DNA of 64,000 nucleotides, taken from the sequence record PQ724393.1. One strand, given 5' to 3'. The position numbers and the translations under genes are program-made. This document shows, piece after piece, positions 1 through 9,228 of this stretch. Under the pieces are notes generated by a model, which worked only from the letters and a program-made list of their open reading frames with translations, ran no database searches and was not told where the DNA came from. This DNA is from a phage. The stretch's first letter is position 1. Every line of letters begins with the position of its first letter.

Positions 1-1640
1 TGTTGGCCATAAGCTTGTGGGTCGTGGTCCCTGTGGCTGATTATAAAAACATTACTGTCTTCAAGACTATTAAGAATACTTGCAATCGATTTAACAGCCT
101 CAGCGTCAACTGCTCCGTCAAAAACTTCATCCAACACTAATGTACTGATGTGGACCCCACTGACTTTTTCAGCAATATCACGCCAGGTAAAAAGTAGTGC
201 GATATCAATACGTGCTTTCTCACCCTGTGAAAATGAAGCATAACTAAAGTCTTCACGTCCACGTGATTTAATCGTCTCATTGAATTCTTCGTCTAGGGTA
301 AAGACGTAGTCGGCTTCCATAATCTTCAAATAAGAATTTATCTGCTTATTAAAGATAGGAATGTATTTCTTAATAATGGAACCTTTAATACCGGTATCCT
401 TCAACATTTCTGTTAGAATTCCACGATGATATTTTTCCATTACCAATGTGGATTTGGTAGAGACGATTTTATCAAGCTCCGCTTGAAGCGCGGCAATCTC
501 TTCGGCATTACTTACGAACTCAGCAGCGGCTTGGTCGATTAATACTTTAACCTTTTTAGCTTTCTCTACGGCAGTAATGGCTTGTTGCTTATGAGTAGCT
601 ATCTGGGATTTAATAGCCAGCGCTTTATTACGTTGCTCAGTTACTTGGTCTTTAATAAGTTTAAGCTCTTGGTATTGCTCATTAATCTTATCCAAAGATT
701 TTTGAAGCTCAAAGTTTTTATCCTTAATTTTAGTAAGGATATTACCATGCTCTTCTAACCCTTGCATACACGTAGGACAATGGCCACCTGTTTCGTATAA
801 CTTAACCACCTTTGTAAAGGTTGCCATATCATTTTTGATTGCAAATCCTTTATTACTCAGGTCACTCATGGAGTTGCTAGGGTCATCATCTACGATAACA
901 TTGAGTAATTCATCAGTTAGTTTTTCTATATTGCCCTTCGCAGTCCTGGCTTCTTTAACGAGCTCATCATACATTAATTGCAGACGGGCAGCGTTCTCGC
1001 CGGATAATTTACGTTGACGTTCTTCGTTGTCATTATAAATTTTAATCTGTTGGGTAATAGAATCCTGTTTAACGTCTATTACCTGGATTTGGCTATTAGT
1101 CTCACGAATCAGAGATTTGTTCAACTTATCCATATCCGCTAATACAGAAACCTCTAAAAGGTCTTCCACCAGCTTTCGACGCGCTGGGGTTGACAAACCC
1201 ATGAAGGGGGTATACCCTGCCGTGCCAAGAACGACAATCTGTTTGAAGCTTGCATAGGACATTCCGATAAGCTGTTCAAATTCTGCTTGGAAGTCTTTAC
1301 TGCTGGCAGATTCATCAAGACGTTCACCGCCACAAGAGATTTCAAAAACGTTCGGTTTTTGCCCACGTTTGATGTAGTATTCTTTGCCATCATATTCCAT
1401 CCACAGTTCGACCAAAAGGTCTTTCTTGTTACTTGAATTAATCAACTGCCCTTTCTTAACATCGCGAAAAGGCTTACCGAACAGAGCAAATGTTACGGCT
1501 TCAAGGAACGTAGATTTCCCTGCACCATTTTTACCAGTGACTAAGGTCTTTTGGACCTTGTCGAGTTGGATTGTAATAGGCTGTTGGCCCACTGACATGA
1601 TATTTTTATACGTTACTTTCTTTAACTTAAAAGTCTTCAT
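1..1640 (-). CDS. 46: Recombination nuclease subunit gp46 (Rad50/SbcC-like ATPase); C-terminus runs past the window start
   Basis: Minus-strand frame starting at ATG 1640 (MKTFKLKKVTYKNIMSVGQQ...), Walker A GKNGAGKST, long coiled-coil middle, C-terminal ...VFIISHRDHDPQAYGQ at window edge; closely resembles T4 gp46 as I recall it; followed by gene 47 as in T4. Confidence 0.9.
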   Translation of the reverse strand, partial: MKTFKLKKVTYKNIMSVGQQPITIQLDKVQKTLVTGKNGAGKSTFLEAVTFALFGKPFRDVKKGQLINSSNKKDLLVELWMEYDGKEYYIKRGQKPNVFEISCGGERLDESASSKDFQAEFEQLIGMSYASFKQIVVLGTAGYTPFMGLSTPARRKLVEDLLEVSVLADMDKLNKSLIRETNSQIQVIDVKQDSITQQIKIYNDNEERQRKLSGENAARLQLMYDELVKEARTAKGNIEKLTDELLNVIVDDDPSNSMSDLSNKGFAIKNDMATFTKVVKLYETGGHCPTCMQGLEEHGNILTKIKDKNFELQKSLDKINEQYQELKLIKDQVTEQRNKALAIKSQIATHKQQAITAVEKAKKVKVLIDQAAAEFVSNAEEIAALQAELDKIVSTKSTLVMEKYHRGILTEMLKDTGIKGSIIKKYIPIFNKQINSYLKIMEADYVFTLDEEFNETIKSRGREDFSYASFSQGEKARIDIALLFTWRDIAEKVSGVHISTLVLDEVFDGAVDAEAVKSIASILNSLEDSNVFIISHRDHDPQAYGQ

Positions 1641-1861
1641 GTATTGTTCTCACGAATTGTTTGTTCAGCATATTCTAGCATTTCTTCGGAAGAAGCAAAC
1701 ACGTCGTCAAGTTCCATGGCCCATGAAACACCTTCAGAATATTCAGAAGTGACATACATAGTTCCGGTATACCAAGAACCATCCACGTCCCATTCTACAT
1801 TACCAAACCAGCCATCGCCAATATGAAAATCATGTTTATACATTTTCATCATTATAAGCAT
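1637..1861 (-). CDS. Small hypothetical protein (74 aa) between genes 46 and 47
   Basis: ORF with ATG start; stop overlaps gene 46 start (ATGA); T4 also has small ORFs here. Confidence 0.5.
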   Translation of the reverse strand: MLIMMKMYKHDFHIGDGWFGNVEWDVDGSWYTGTMYVTSEYSEGVSWAMELDDVFASSEEMLEYAEQTIRENNT

Positions 1862-2099
1862 CCTTGATGCATGATTCAGCCATATGAATTAATGTTTCTG
1901 GAGTATCATCTACCATTACATTAAAGCTAAATTCCACAGCCCAATCAGTGGCAACATAAACTTTAATAAGCTCGTTGGTATCACGAGTGCTCACGGCTTC
2001 AAACCAGAACTTAATAATACTCGTTTGTCCATCGTCATCAATAACTGTGCAGTCATGCTCCAGTTCAAGTCCTGATTTTTTGAATTCATCTAAAGTCAT
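1836..2099 (-). CDS. Small hypothetical protein (87 aa)
   Basis: ORF with ATG start overlapping gene 47 stop; tight T4-style packing. Confidence 0.5.
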   Translation of the reverse strand: MTLDEFKKSGLELEHDCTVIDDDGQTSIIKFWFEAVSTRDTNELIKVYVATDWAVEFSFNVMVDDTPETLIHMAESCIKDAYNDENV

Positions 2100-3118
2100 C
2101 GTGTAACCTCATTATAAAGTTGTGCAGCCATAGTCTTAAGGGCTTTAACATCGTCTTCAGTGTGGCCATCAGGAAGGGCATCGATATAGTCATACATCAT
2201 ATCCAAGAGGGACTTGACTTCATCCTCCTCTTCAGAATCATCGATATCAACACTATTATCTACCTTAGACACAATACGTAAAGAATGGACGACCTTTTCA
2301 AGCTCTGATTCGAACTTAGTAAGGCCGTCATCAATTTTATCGACTATAACACGAACTGCGATATTTGTAAAATCTTTGTAATCGATAGTCGCGTTAGGAT
2401 AATGAATCTTACGATGCCAACAGGTTTCATTAATGATGAAATCCATTTTATGAGTTTCGGTATCGAAAATCCAGAAACCACGAGGGTCGTTCTCATCACC
2501 TGCAGTCAGGGTCCATGGAGTACCAATGTACTTAACGTTTGCTGCATCAGAAATAGTGTGGAAGTGGCCTGACCAAACTTGCTTATACTTTTTAAGGAAA
2601 TCAGGTTCTAAACCATGGGATTTCATTCCTTTATAGAAATAGAAACCATTTAATTCCCAATGCCCAATACAGAAATCTGCTGTGGTATTTTTGATATGGT
2701 CCATGATATCGGTCGTGTTTTCTTCACACATCCATGGAATCAAATCAATTTCGGTGCCATCAAAGTTAACCGTAGTAGGTTTTTCAATAACCTTGATATG
2801 GTCATATTTACCCAGAACTTCAGAAGCAGCATTAGGAGTCAAGGTATTTTTGTAGTGCATATCATGATTACCAACAACGGTATACATGGTAATGCCATTA
2901 GCTTTAAGCAAATCAGAGATTTCGCGAGCGAATTCCATGCACTTGTGAGTAATTGCTTTACGAACATCAAAGATATCACCGTATTGAATCCATACAGTAA
3001 TGCCATTTGCTTTAGAATAATCAATAGCGTCTTGGATACCTTGACGTTGGATATTTTGTACCCACACATCATCAGCCTTAACTCCAAGGTGCCAGTCACC
3101 TGTGTTTAATATTTTCAT
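2096..3118 (-). CDS. 47: Recombination endonuclease subunit gp47 (Mre11-like phosphoesterase)
   Basis: MKILNTGDWHLGVK..., motifs GDWH, GDIFD, GNHD, GHFH typical of Mre11/SbcD; start set to ATG at 3116-3118 (the ORF-track start at 3145 is TTG). Confidence 0.9.
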   Translation of the reverse strand: MKILNTGDWHLGVKADDVWVQNIQRQGIQDAIDYSKANGITVWIQYGDIFDVRKAITHKCMEFAREISDLLKANGITMYTVVGNHDMHYKNTLTPNAASEVLGKYDHIKVIEKPTTVNFDGTEIDLIPWMCEENTTDIMDHIKNTTADFCIGHWELNGFYFYKGMKSHGLEPDFLKKYKQVWSGHFHTISDAANVKYIGTPWTLTAGDENDPRGFWIFDTETHKMDFIINETCWHRKIHYPNATIDYKDFTNIAVRVIVDKIDDGLTKFESELEKVVHSLRIVSKVDNSVDIDDSEEEDEVKSLLDMMYDYIDALPDGHTEDDVKALKTMAAQLYNEVTR

Positions 3119-3301
3119 AAGCCAAGCACCGTTATCGAAATACAAAATAAAATTATTGAAATGAACCCGTCAGAAGTGGAAAAGAATCCTATCCAACAAG
3201 CTCTTGTGAATGTGTAGAATGCCATGAATAACACGACATATCCTAAAAATAATTCCATATGTTCTCCTCAGTTGGTTCATTTTATCATCCCGAATATAAA
3301 G

Positions 3302-3326
3302 CAAAAAAGGAAGCCCTAGGCTTCCT
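3302..3326 (-). terminator. Rho-independent terminator (minus strand)
   Basis: Perfect inverted repeat GGAAGCC-CTA-GGCTTCC at 3309-3325 followed on the minus strand by a U6 run (plus-strand aaaaaa at 3303-3308). Confidence 0.6.
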
Positions 3327-3489
3327 TTCCAATTAATACGCCATACAGAGGTTCGTGATTAGACCTGAACTTGATAGGCTTATAGGTAATAGTACCTTCA
3401 TTTTCTGCTTTAATACGAGCGGCTTCAAATTGAAGTATCATCTCATTTTTGTCAGATTTAATCTTATCAAAATCCATCGAATTCGTCAT
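3316..3489 (-). CDS. Hypothetical small protein (57 aa)
   Basis: ATG at 3487-3489 preceded by AAGAGG 9 nt upstream; MTNSMDFDKIKSDKNEM...; stop lies inside the terminator stem; below the ORF-track length cutoff. Confidence 0.35.
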   Translation of the reverse strand: MTNSMDFDKIKSDKNEMILQFEAARIKAENEGTITYKPIKFRSNHEPLYGVLIGKEA

Positions 3490-3547
3490 TCATATAACCT
3501 CTTAAACTTTTTCGTATTCGTCATTCATTAGCCTGCAGTCCATGTTA

Positions 3548-3748
3548 TCATCTCTGCCACCACTTCTTAAGTTGATGAGAATCTACCCAAACCTTGGCTA
3601 CGGGCTCAATCTGAAAAATACCATCAGAATATCGGCCCATCATTTTGTATTCGGTTTCGGACTGCTTAATACAGATATTACCGTATGAGCGAAGTCTAAA
3701 GGCGGCTCCAATAAGAAGCCGTTTAAAGGGTTTATTTACCAGAGCCAT
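3548..3748 (-). CDS. Hypothetical protein (66 aa)
   Basis: ORF only; weak. Confidence 0.3.
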   Translation of the reverse strand: MALVNKPFKRLLIGAAFRLRSYGNICIKQSETEYKMMGRYSDGIFQIEPVAKVWVDSHQLKKWWQR

Positions 3749-4043
3749 TGACGATTTCCCAAATTTGTTTGCGGGTGGATTCCCACATCAATTGAACAAG
3801 TTCATCAGTAACAGGTTGACGGTAAATACCACGTAATTTAATTAAAGCGTACTTATATGCTTCAAAGTTGTTTTCAAGTACAGCGCCTTGGGCGTGGAGA
3901 TTTAAACGACGGATTTCACGAGCATTCTTCTTAAGAATCTTAGCCGCTTGAGAATTAGCTTCTTTAATATTGTGCTCTTCTAAACGTTGCTGGGCTTCTT
4001 CAATTTGCTCGTCAGTCAATTGAGAAATGTCATGGCTTTGCAT
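3732..4043 (-). CDS. Hypothetical protein (103 aa)
   Basis: ORF with ATG start; sits where T4 has 47.1/alpha-gt. Confidence 0.45.
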   Translation of the reverse strand: MQSHDISQLTDEQIEEAQQRLEEHNIKEANSQAAKILKKNAREIRRLNLHAQGAVLENNFEAYKYALIKLRGIYRQPVTDELVQLMWESTRKQIWEIVNGSGK

Positions 4044-4044
4044 A

Positions 4045-4311
4045 TTAATCCTTTGGAGTCAATTCGATAGTGAAGTAGAAATTAGCGTTCTCAACATGAT
4101 AACGATAATCTACGTTATTATCAGGAGAAGTGAATTCAATATTCCTGACGTTAAGTGGGTCAATATCAATAGGAAGGCCTTTAACATCCCGTAATATCAA
4201 TTTAATAAAATAAGGGAGTGCTTCGAAGTCTTCCATTCCATCTAAAAGTGGAGTGATATTAATCTGATGTTCCATATAAAAAATCCAGTTCGCCAACTTT
4301 AGGTTCGGCAC
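4045..4311 (-). CDS. Hypothetical protein (88 aa)
   Basis: ORF just downstream of gene 55; N-terminus overlaps the gene 55 3' end, so the true start may be internal. Confidence 0.4.
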   Translation of the reverse strand: MPNLKLANWIFYMEHQINITPLLDGMEDFEALPYFIKLILRDVKGLPIDIDPLNVRNIEFTSPDNNVDYRYHVENANFYFTIELTPKD

Positions 4312-4816
4312 TCTTATCAGACCCTGGTGCTTTAGTTAAAGAGGTTTCATACTGTGTCATTTTATCGTAGATATCTTGGATAAAGGTTTCATCTGCAATA
4401 CCTACCATATCGTCATCATTACTGTCATAGACATTATGGACGAAGTAGCTATATTTCTTTGCCATTTCTTTACGTTCTTTTTTGATACGCTGAACGAAGG
4501 CATTAAAACAAGCCATAGTGATATATGCATGTGGGTTGTCGTATTTTGTTTCGTCGAAGTTGTGAAGACCTTTAATCGAAGCTTCGATTCCATCAGCAAT
4601 CATTTCTTGCTTCCAGGATTGGGTATATCCGGAGAAGTTGAAACGCTTACTTAGTCCTTCAGCAATGAGCATAATAGCCAACCCTATAGTATCATTTTGT
4701 CTAATGATTTTATTAGGGTCGGTATTTTCTCTAAGCTCTGTTTTCCATTGGGTAATAGCTTTCAGAAGCTCCTTATTATTTACATAGTTATTTTTAGTCA
4801 GTTTAATTTCGGTCAT
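4259..4816 (-). CDS. 55: Late-transcription sigma factor gp55
   Basis: 185 aa, ...[11 protein letters not shown]...[49 protein letters not shown]... matches T4 gp55 closely; SD GAGGT upstream of ATG 4816. Confidence 0.9.
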   Translation of the reverse strand: MTEIKLTKNNYVNNKELLKAITQWKTELRENTDPNKIIRQNDTIGLAIMLIAEGLSKRFNFSGYTQSWKQEMIADGIEASIKGLHNFDETKYDNPHAYITMACFNAFVQRIKKERKEMAKKYSYFVHNVYDSNDDDMVGIADETFIQDIYDKMTQYETSLTKAPGSDKSAEPKVGELDFLYGTSD

Positions 4817-4882
4817 TGTTACCTCAGATAACTCAAATCATAGGTCTATTATATCATAGTATTTGAAGACCCGTTTAAAGCA

Positions 4883-5146
4883 TCAACGGAGTAAGCAATA
4901 AGCCTGAAATACTGTTTCAAGAATTTTTTTGAACTCTTCGAAGGAAGGGGCTCCTTCAAATCCTTGGCTTTGAATATAAAGGCAGAATTGTTGGTAAAGG
5001 ACTAAATATTCGGATTGGTTGTATTTGGAAATATGAGACTTCCACACTTCAGAAGTCTCTCCGCAAATAAACTCAACATTCATATAGTTATCTATTAAGA
5101 AAAATCCTAAGCCTTCATAAGCTAATGTTATGGATACAGGCGTCAT
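4883..5146 (-). CDS. Hypothetical protein (87 aa)
   Basis: ORF in tightly packed minus-strand array. Confidence 0.45.
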   Translation of the reverse strand: MTPVSITLAYEGLGFFLIDNYMNVEFICGETSEVWKSHISKYNQSEYLVLYQQFCLYIQSQGFEGAPSFEEFKKILETVFQAYCLLR

Positions 5147-5409
5147 TGTAGGAATCTGGCTCCTTCTAGTGCATCATCAAGATTATCAAACTCATCAACG
5201 TAATCAATACCGCCGACCTCATCTTTAGCGTATAGCCAGTACTGTTTAAATTCATATTCAATAATAAAGTGGTCACCCTCAATCTGGAGAACCCCATCAC
5301 TATTAAATTGAACTGTATAACCGGTAAAGCGGACATCATTCAAGAGTTCTTCTTTCATAGCAATCATTTCCAAGTTTTTATCGTAATTAGAGAGTTTTAT
5401 TTTAATCAT
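5143..5409 (-). CDS. Hypothetical protein (88 aa)
   Basis: ORF; stop overlaps next start. Confidence 0.45.
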   Translation of the reverse strand: MIKIKLSNYDKNLEMIAMKEELLNDVRFTGYTVQFNSDGVLQIEGDHFIIEYEFKQYWLYAKDEVGGIDYVDEFDNLDDALEGARFLQ

Positions 5410-5650
5410 TTAAATAATCCTCAAATTCATTTAATGTCATGCCTTCGTCCCAAGCTATTTTAGGATCGGGCATTTTCATATAAGTGGTCTTAGAGCTTAT
5501 AGGAAATATCCTGAAATCGCGATGACTTCCACTTAACATATTAGCCGCTTTTATAATAGTTTCACTATTATTCATCATAGGGGTACGTTGGAAACCGGCT
5601 AAAGCTTTAAGGACTATTATAACCGATACATCTTCAGGCAAATTACTCAT
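5402..5650 (-). CDS. Hypothetical protein (82 aa)
   Basis: ORF; overlapping start/stop with neighbours. Confidence 0.45.
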   Translation of the reverse strand: MSNLPEDVSVIIVLKALAGFQRTPMMNNSETIIKAANMLSGSHRDFRIFPISSKTTYMKMPDPKIAWDEGMTLNEFEDYLND

Positions 5651-5976
5651 TTCGCAGCCTTAACAATTTTCAGGTCAACGAATTTTTTCTTACGTTGATT
5701 CTTCATACGACGGATGGTTTTGTCTGTGATTTCACCTGGCTGCCAAGCTTTAGATTCAACACCAAAGGCGGCCACATCAAACTCGTCGAGAATATATTGA
5801 ACCAGGATTTCACGAATACCGTTCTTACCAATTTTTTGGTCTTTAGAGTGCATGATTGGTAACAGTTCAGCAACCCATCGGTCAAGAACCTGAGGAGTTA
5901 CAAAGCCGGTTTTCATCAGTTCGTTAACTTTATCGAAAGCGAAAGAGTTCAGTACGTTTTTAATAGCTTGTGACAT
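5647..5976 (-). CDS. Hypothetical protein (109 aa), N-terminus MSQAI
   Basis: ATG preceded by GAGGAAATTATT; the 23-nt initiation region is identical to that of the gene at 13078. Confidence 0.5.
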   Translation of the reverse strand: MSQAIKNVLNSFAFDKVNELMKTGFVTPQVLDRWVAELLPIMHSKDQKIGKNGIREILVQYILDEFDVAAFGVESKAWQPGEITDKTIRRMKNQRKKKFVDLKIVKAAK

Positions 5977-6046
5977 AATAATTTCCTCAGTTTAAAATTT
6001 ATAATCCATGGGACCATTATACTCTGGTCCCAAGAGTTTGTAAACT
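5977..6046 (-). promoter_or_regulatory. Early-type promoter with hairpin around the -10
   Basis: Coding strand GTTTACA-N17-TATAAT; -10 sits in the loop of GGGACCA/TGGTCCC inverted repeat. Confidence 0.5.
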
Positions 6047-6245
6047 ATTTTTGTGCTAATGCACCTTTCCAACCTTCGTACATCGCCGCAGCCGATATTA
6101 ATATTGCTCCTGCGCATTTTGAATATTTGTTATTCCAAAACCAGTTTAGAAAAACTTCGTCATCAATACCTTGGGCTATCATATTTTCAAAGAATTGACG
6201 ACGAGCTTCAGCAACACGTTGTGATAATTTAGATTCAGGATTCAT
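6045..6245 (-). CDS. Hypothetical protein (66 aa)
   Basis: ORF 6045-6293 trimmed to ATG at 6243-6245 directly after the upstream stop. Confidence 0.4.
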   Translation of the reverse strand: MNPESKLSQRVAEARRQFFENMIAQGIDDEVFLNWFWNNKYSKCAGAILISAAAMYEGWKGALAQK

Positions 6246-6246
6246 T

Positions 6247-6378
6247 TTAAATTTTCCAGTTACCGTTTTCATCAATAAATTTAATCCAGTCATTTACTGA
6301 CCACGTGGTTGTATCGCCCTTTGGACTGACATTTAAAGTATACAACCCTTGCTTAAAAAGCATTCGTTTGATATTCAT
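6247..6378 (-). CDS. Hypothetical small protein (43 aa)
   Basis: ATG at 6376-6378 preceded by strong SD GAGGAAAAT; longer ORF-track version overlaps neighbour. Confidence 0.35.
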   Translation of the reverse strand: MNIKRMLFKQGLYTLNVSPKGDTTTWSVNDWIKFIDENGNWKI

Positions 6379-6385
6379 ATTTTCC

Positions 6386-6679
6386 TCAGCTGTAACGATA
6401 ACATTCGTTTGATTTACGTTTTGCAACTTGATGAGAAGTATTGTAATCAGGTTCATCGTCGTTGTAAACATCTTTTTTCAGCTTTCTCACTTCTTTACGA
6501 AGTTGGCGATTCATTTCATTCTTAACTTCAGAATCAACACCACGCATACGTTTCCACTTGTCAGAACGGAAGATATTTTCCTCAACCAGTTCCTGACTTA
6601 CACCGTCGGGCGCTTTACGGCGTCCGGAATAATAAAAATCTTTTACAGACAATTCTTTACGGCGAATAGTTTTACCCAT
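6386..6679 (-). CDS. Hypothetical basic protein (97 aa)
   Basis: ORF; Lys/Arg-rich. Confidence 0.45.
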   Translation of the reverse strand: MGKTIRRKELSVKDFYYSGRRKAPDGVSQELVEENIFRSDKWKRMRGVDSEVKNEMNRQLRKEVRKLKKDVYNDDEPDYNTSHQVAKRKSNECYRYS

Positions 6680-6681
6680 AG

Positions 6682-6936
6682 TTACCTCAGCAGTTTGTAT
6701 CCAATAAGATGTTTAATGTATTGGACATCTTTGACATCCAAATCTAACTTAATATCTTTCAGGCGTTCGGCCAGAGTAAGAAATGTTACGCGTTTCCAAT
6801 TCTTAACAGGGCAACAATAAGTTTTCGGCCCGTTAGCGATTTCAATATTTTTATCTGTGACGGTGATAAAAATCAAACGTTCATCATCGAGATTAAGGGT
6901 GACGACACTTTTGGTTGAATGTAGTTTCAGGCTCAT
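6682..6936 (-). CDS. Hypothetical protein (84 aa)
   Basis: ORF. Confidence 0.45.
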   Translation of the reverse strand: MSLKLHSTKSVVTLNLDDERLIFITVTDKNIEIANGPKTYCCPVKNWKRVTFLTLAERLKDIKLDLDVKDVQYIKHLIGYKLLR

Positions 6937-7115
6937 AATTTAATTTCCTTAGCTATCGAACAAAACAAACTACGGTCACATACCATCAATGGAATATTTC
7001 TATGGTCTAGTACACGATACCATACGTCTGAATCGCTAGCAGCAATTACACGAACCGCACGCCCATTTACCAAATAATACTGGTCGGCTTTAATTTCTTT
7101 ATCTTGGATAGTCAT
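6933..7115 (-). CDS. Hypothetical protein (60 aa)
   Basis: ORF immediately downstream of promoter cassette 7116-7174. Confidence 0.45.
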   Translation of the reverse strand: MTIQDKEIKADQYYLVNGRAVRVIAASDSDVWYRVLDHRNIPLMVCDRSLFCSIAKEIKL

Positions 7116-7174
7116 AATGTTCTCCTCATGTGTTGATAGGATAGACTATAACACGTGAGGAGAGGAAGTAAACA
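7116..7174 (-). promoter_or_regulatory. Early promoter / stem-loop cassette (diverged copy)
   Basis: Coding strand GTTTAC...CTCCTCACGTG...core...CACATGAGGAG(SD)-ATG; stem arms complementary. Confidence 0.45.
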
Positions 7175-7492
7175 CTAATCTTCAATTAAATCTCGGTCAT
7201 AACCAAGTTCAATCAAAAGTGATTTGAAGGTAGGAATATTTTCTATTTTCTTATTATCGACAAATATGACAGGATAGCGTATCGCCAAGCTCTTGAAGCC
7301 TGCACGTTTGGCCAATGATACTATAAGAGGCTTGTCATATACTGCGCCTGACGGCGTCTGGTTAATCACAGGATAGAAAGTATGTGGGATAGAAAGGGAA
7401 TTTAGGAGCGATAGAACAGCAATGCACCCTGGACAGCGCATGACTGTCTCAGGGATACCATAAATCTCAATTTTAGTTAACTTTTGGTCCAC
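7175..7492 (-). CDS. Thioredoxin/glutaredoxin-fold protein with CxxC (CPGC), possibly NrdH-like
   Basis: 105 aa, KIEIYGIP...CPGC near N-terminus, typical of small redoxins. Confidence 0.5.
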   Translation of the reverse strand: MDQKLTKIEIYGIPETVMRCPGCIAVLSLLNSLSIPHTFYPVINQTPSGAVYDKPLIVSLAKRAGFKSLAIRYPVIFVDNKKIENIPTFKSLLIELGYDRDLIED

Positions 7493-7769
7493 AGGAAATA
7501 ACTCCTTGGTAGTCCCAAGTTTTTAGAACTTCGTCTTCATTAGTTCCGTATGGGACGTAAATCTGGATAAGGAACCCAGTATCATCAAAAGAGAAGTAGA
7601 CGGTAGGTTTAATACCGTGAATCTCTGACAGGGCATAGATGTCCTTGAGGTCGTCTTCCTTACCTTTAAAGAATTCAGGGTTCAGGTCACAGTCATGGAA
7701 GTACCAATCATCACCAAACTTGTCCCATGTGGTCCAATTCAAAGCTACATATTCTTCAAAACGTTTCAT
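7473..7769 (-). CDS. Hypothetical protein (98 aa)
   Basis: ORF. Confidence 0.45.
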   Translation of the reverse strand: MKRFEEYVALNWTTWDKFGDDWYFHDCDLNPEFFKGKEDDLKDIYALSEIHGIKPTVYFSFDDTGFLIQIYVPYGTNEDEVLKTWDYQGVISCGPKVN

Positions 7770-7993
7770 TCTTTCACCTTCATCATTTTTGCTATAACAC
7801 TATGAACAGCCTGGATTCGTTTGTTGAACTCAGACCCTTCAAGACCTTTTTCAGTACTCAGCGCACCAATAATAACGAACAGCAATCCAAATGGGATGGC
7901 CAGGATTAAAAGGCACACGATAAACAGAACTAATGTAATATTGGCCAGGATATCAGAAACAGCATTACGAAATTTATTCATTAAAGAACCCAC
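7766..7993 (-). CDS. Hypothetical small membrane protein (75 aa)
   Basis: Hydrophobic stretch LVLFIVCLLILAIPFGLLFVIIGAL. Confidence 0.45.
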   Translation of the reverse strand: MGSLMNKFRNAVSDILANITLVLFIVCLLILAIPFGLLFVIIGALSTEKGLEGSEFNKRIQAVHSVIAKMMKVKE

Positions 7994-8102
7994 ATATTAG
8001 TTACAACAAATAACCATTGAGCAGGATACTCAACACCCATAATACGCACTGCATCGTTCAGAGATTCAGCTAGAGCATAGAATGTGTAGCCATAAAAATT
8101 AA

Positions 8103-8576
8103 TCATTTAAGCGATTTCCTCAGTTGTTTTTTAAATGAATCGACCATTTGTTTCTTTGTGTCAGATTCATTATAAGTCATTCCATGTGAAAGCATTTCAG
8201 CAATCATTTCTTCCTTACCTAATCTACTGAACTCTTTGGTTTTATCAGTTACAAAAGTAGGGTGAATAGGATTCTTGGAGCAATCATTCTCGAGGTACGC
8301 AACTAGATTTTTAAGACACTCGAGGTAGTCGTTGCCACGACCTTTAAGACCAGAGCGTACAAATTGGTGTCTGCTGCGTCCTTCCCAGGCGTTACAAAGA
8401 TTACAGAGCAACCCACGAACTCGTCCGGCTTGTAGCCCTTCTAAATCATGAGAGTGGTCTAAGTGGTTACTTTGAACATCCGTATTTAGATGTTGTTTAC
8501 ATACTAAACACAAGCCCTGTTGGTCTTTGTACATCTGTTCTTTTTGTTCTTTATAAAGCTTGCCAGTCAACAACAT
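8103..8576 (-). CDS. 49: Endonuclease VII (Holliday junction resolvase) gp49
   Basis: 157 aa MLLTGKLYKEQ..., Cys motifs CLVC and CNLCN, ...EFSRLGKEEMIAEML...KKQLRKSLK; near-colinear with T4 endo VII. Confidence 0.9.
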   Translation of the reverse strand: MLLTGKLYKEQKEQMYKDQQGLCLVCKQHLNTDVQSNHLDHSHDLEGLQAGRVRGLLCNLCNAWEGRSRHQFVRSGLKGRGNDYLECLKNLVAYLENDCSKNPIHPTFVTDKTKEFSRLGKEEMIAEMLSHGMTYNESDTKKQMVDSFKKQLRKSLK

Positions 8577-8613
8577 AATAAACCCTTACCATTATTAGAT
8601 AAGGGTATTTATT
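8577..8613 (-). promoter_or_regulatory. Late-promoter-like box plus hairpin upstream of gene 49
   Basis: Coding strand AATAAATA then CCCTTA-N11-TAAGGG hairpin containing the SD region; same layout as known for T4 gene 49. Confidence 0.4.
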
Positions 8614-8845
8614 ATTTTTCGAATGTACTATAAAACGAGCGATGTAATCGTTTAAATTGACGCATCATCTTTTTGGTAGGTCGAGTGGACAATCCTACAC
8701 ATGTAGCCATAAACTGGTCAACAGGACTTCCTTTGATAAGAAGTTTCCAGACCTTTGCGCCATTTAATTTTTCAGTATAAATCAGTTCAGTTTTCATAGT
8801 AAAACCCAAACTCCATATCGATGAAATCATTGTTTGAAGGTTCAT
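8612..8845 (-). CDS. Hypothetical protein (77 aa)
   Basis: ORF; weak SD, start uncertain. Confidence 0.35.
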   Translation of the reverse strand: MNLQTMISSIWSLGFTMKTELIYTEKLNGAKVWKLLIKGSPVDQFMATCVGLSTRPTKKMMRQFKRLHRSFYSTFEK

Positions 8846-8919
8846 TATACTCTATTTCGGAATCGTTGTAAACAGGTTCCTCTGGCTCGGTAGTTTTCCA
8901 CCGAGCGACATACCATGGC

Positions 8920-9228
8920 TTAACGGTCACACCACCAACTACTTACTTCAAAATCGGGTTCACCGTGTTCCCAGTACCAAGGGCCGATTGGATGCCAATC
9001 GCCATGTTCATCTTCTTCAAATTCTTCAGATTCTAGCCCAACATATTGCCATTGGACTTCATAAGCAGTGCCACCGATTACAACAGTATTCTCGCCATAT
9101 GGGTTAGCCACAACAAAATCAATACCTTCTGCTTTAGCCAACCAAACCATATATTCGTATAGTTTATATTCTAGGTCGTCTTCAGTACCATCGCCTAGAA
9201 AAATGGTTTGTTCATTTAATCCAATCAT
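8920..9228 (-). CDS. Hypothetical acidic Trp-rich protein (102 aa)
   Basis: ORF. Confidence 0.45.
   Translation of the reverse strand: MIGLNEQTIFLGDGTEDDLEYKLYEYMVWLAKAEGIDFVVANPYGENTVVIGGTAYEVQWQYVGLESEEFEEDEHGDWHPIGPWYWEHGEPDFEVSSWWCDR

Noticed and set aside
2660-3109. Plus-strand 149-aa ORF inside gene 47
   Set aside because: Antisense shadow ORF within a well-supported minus-strand gene; no start context.
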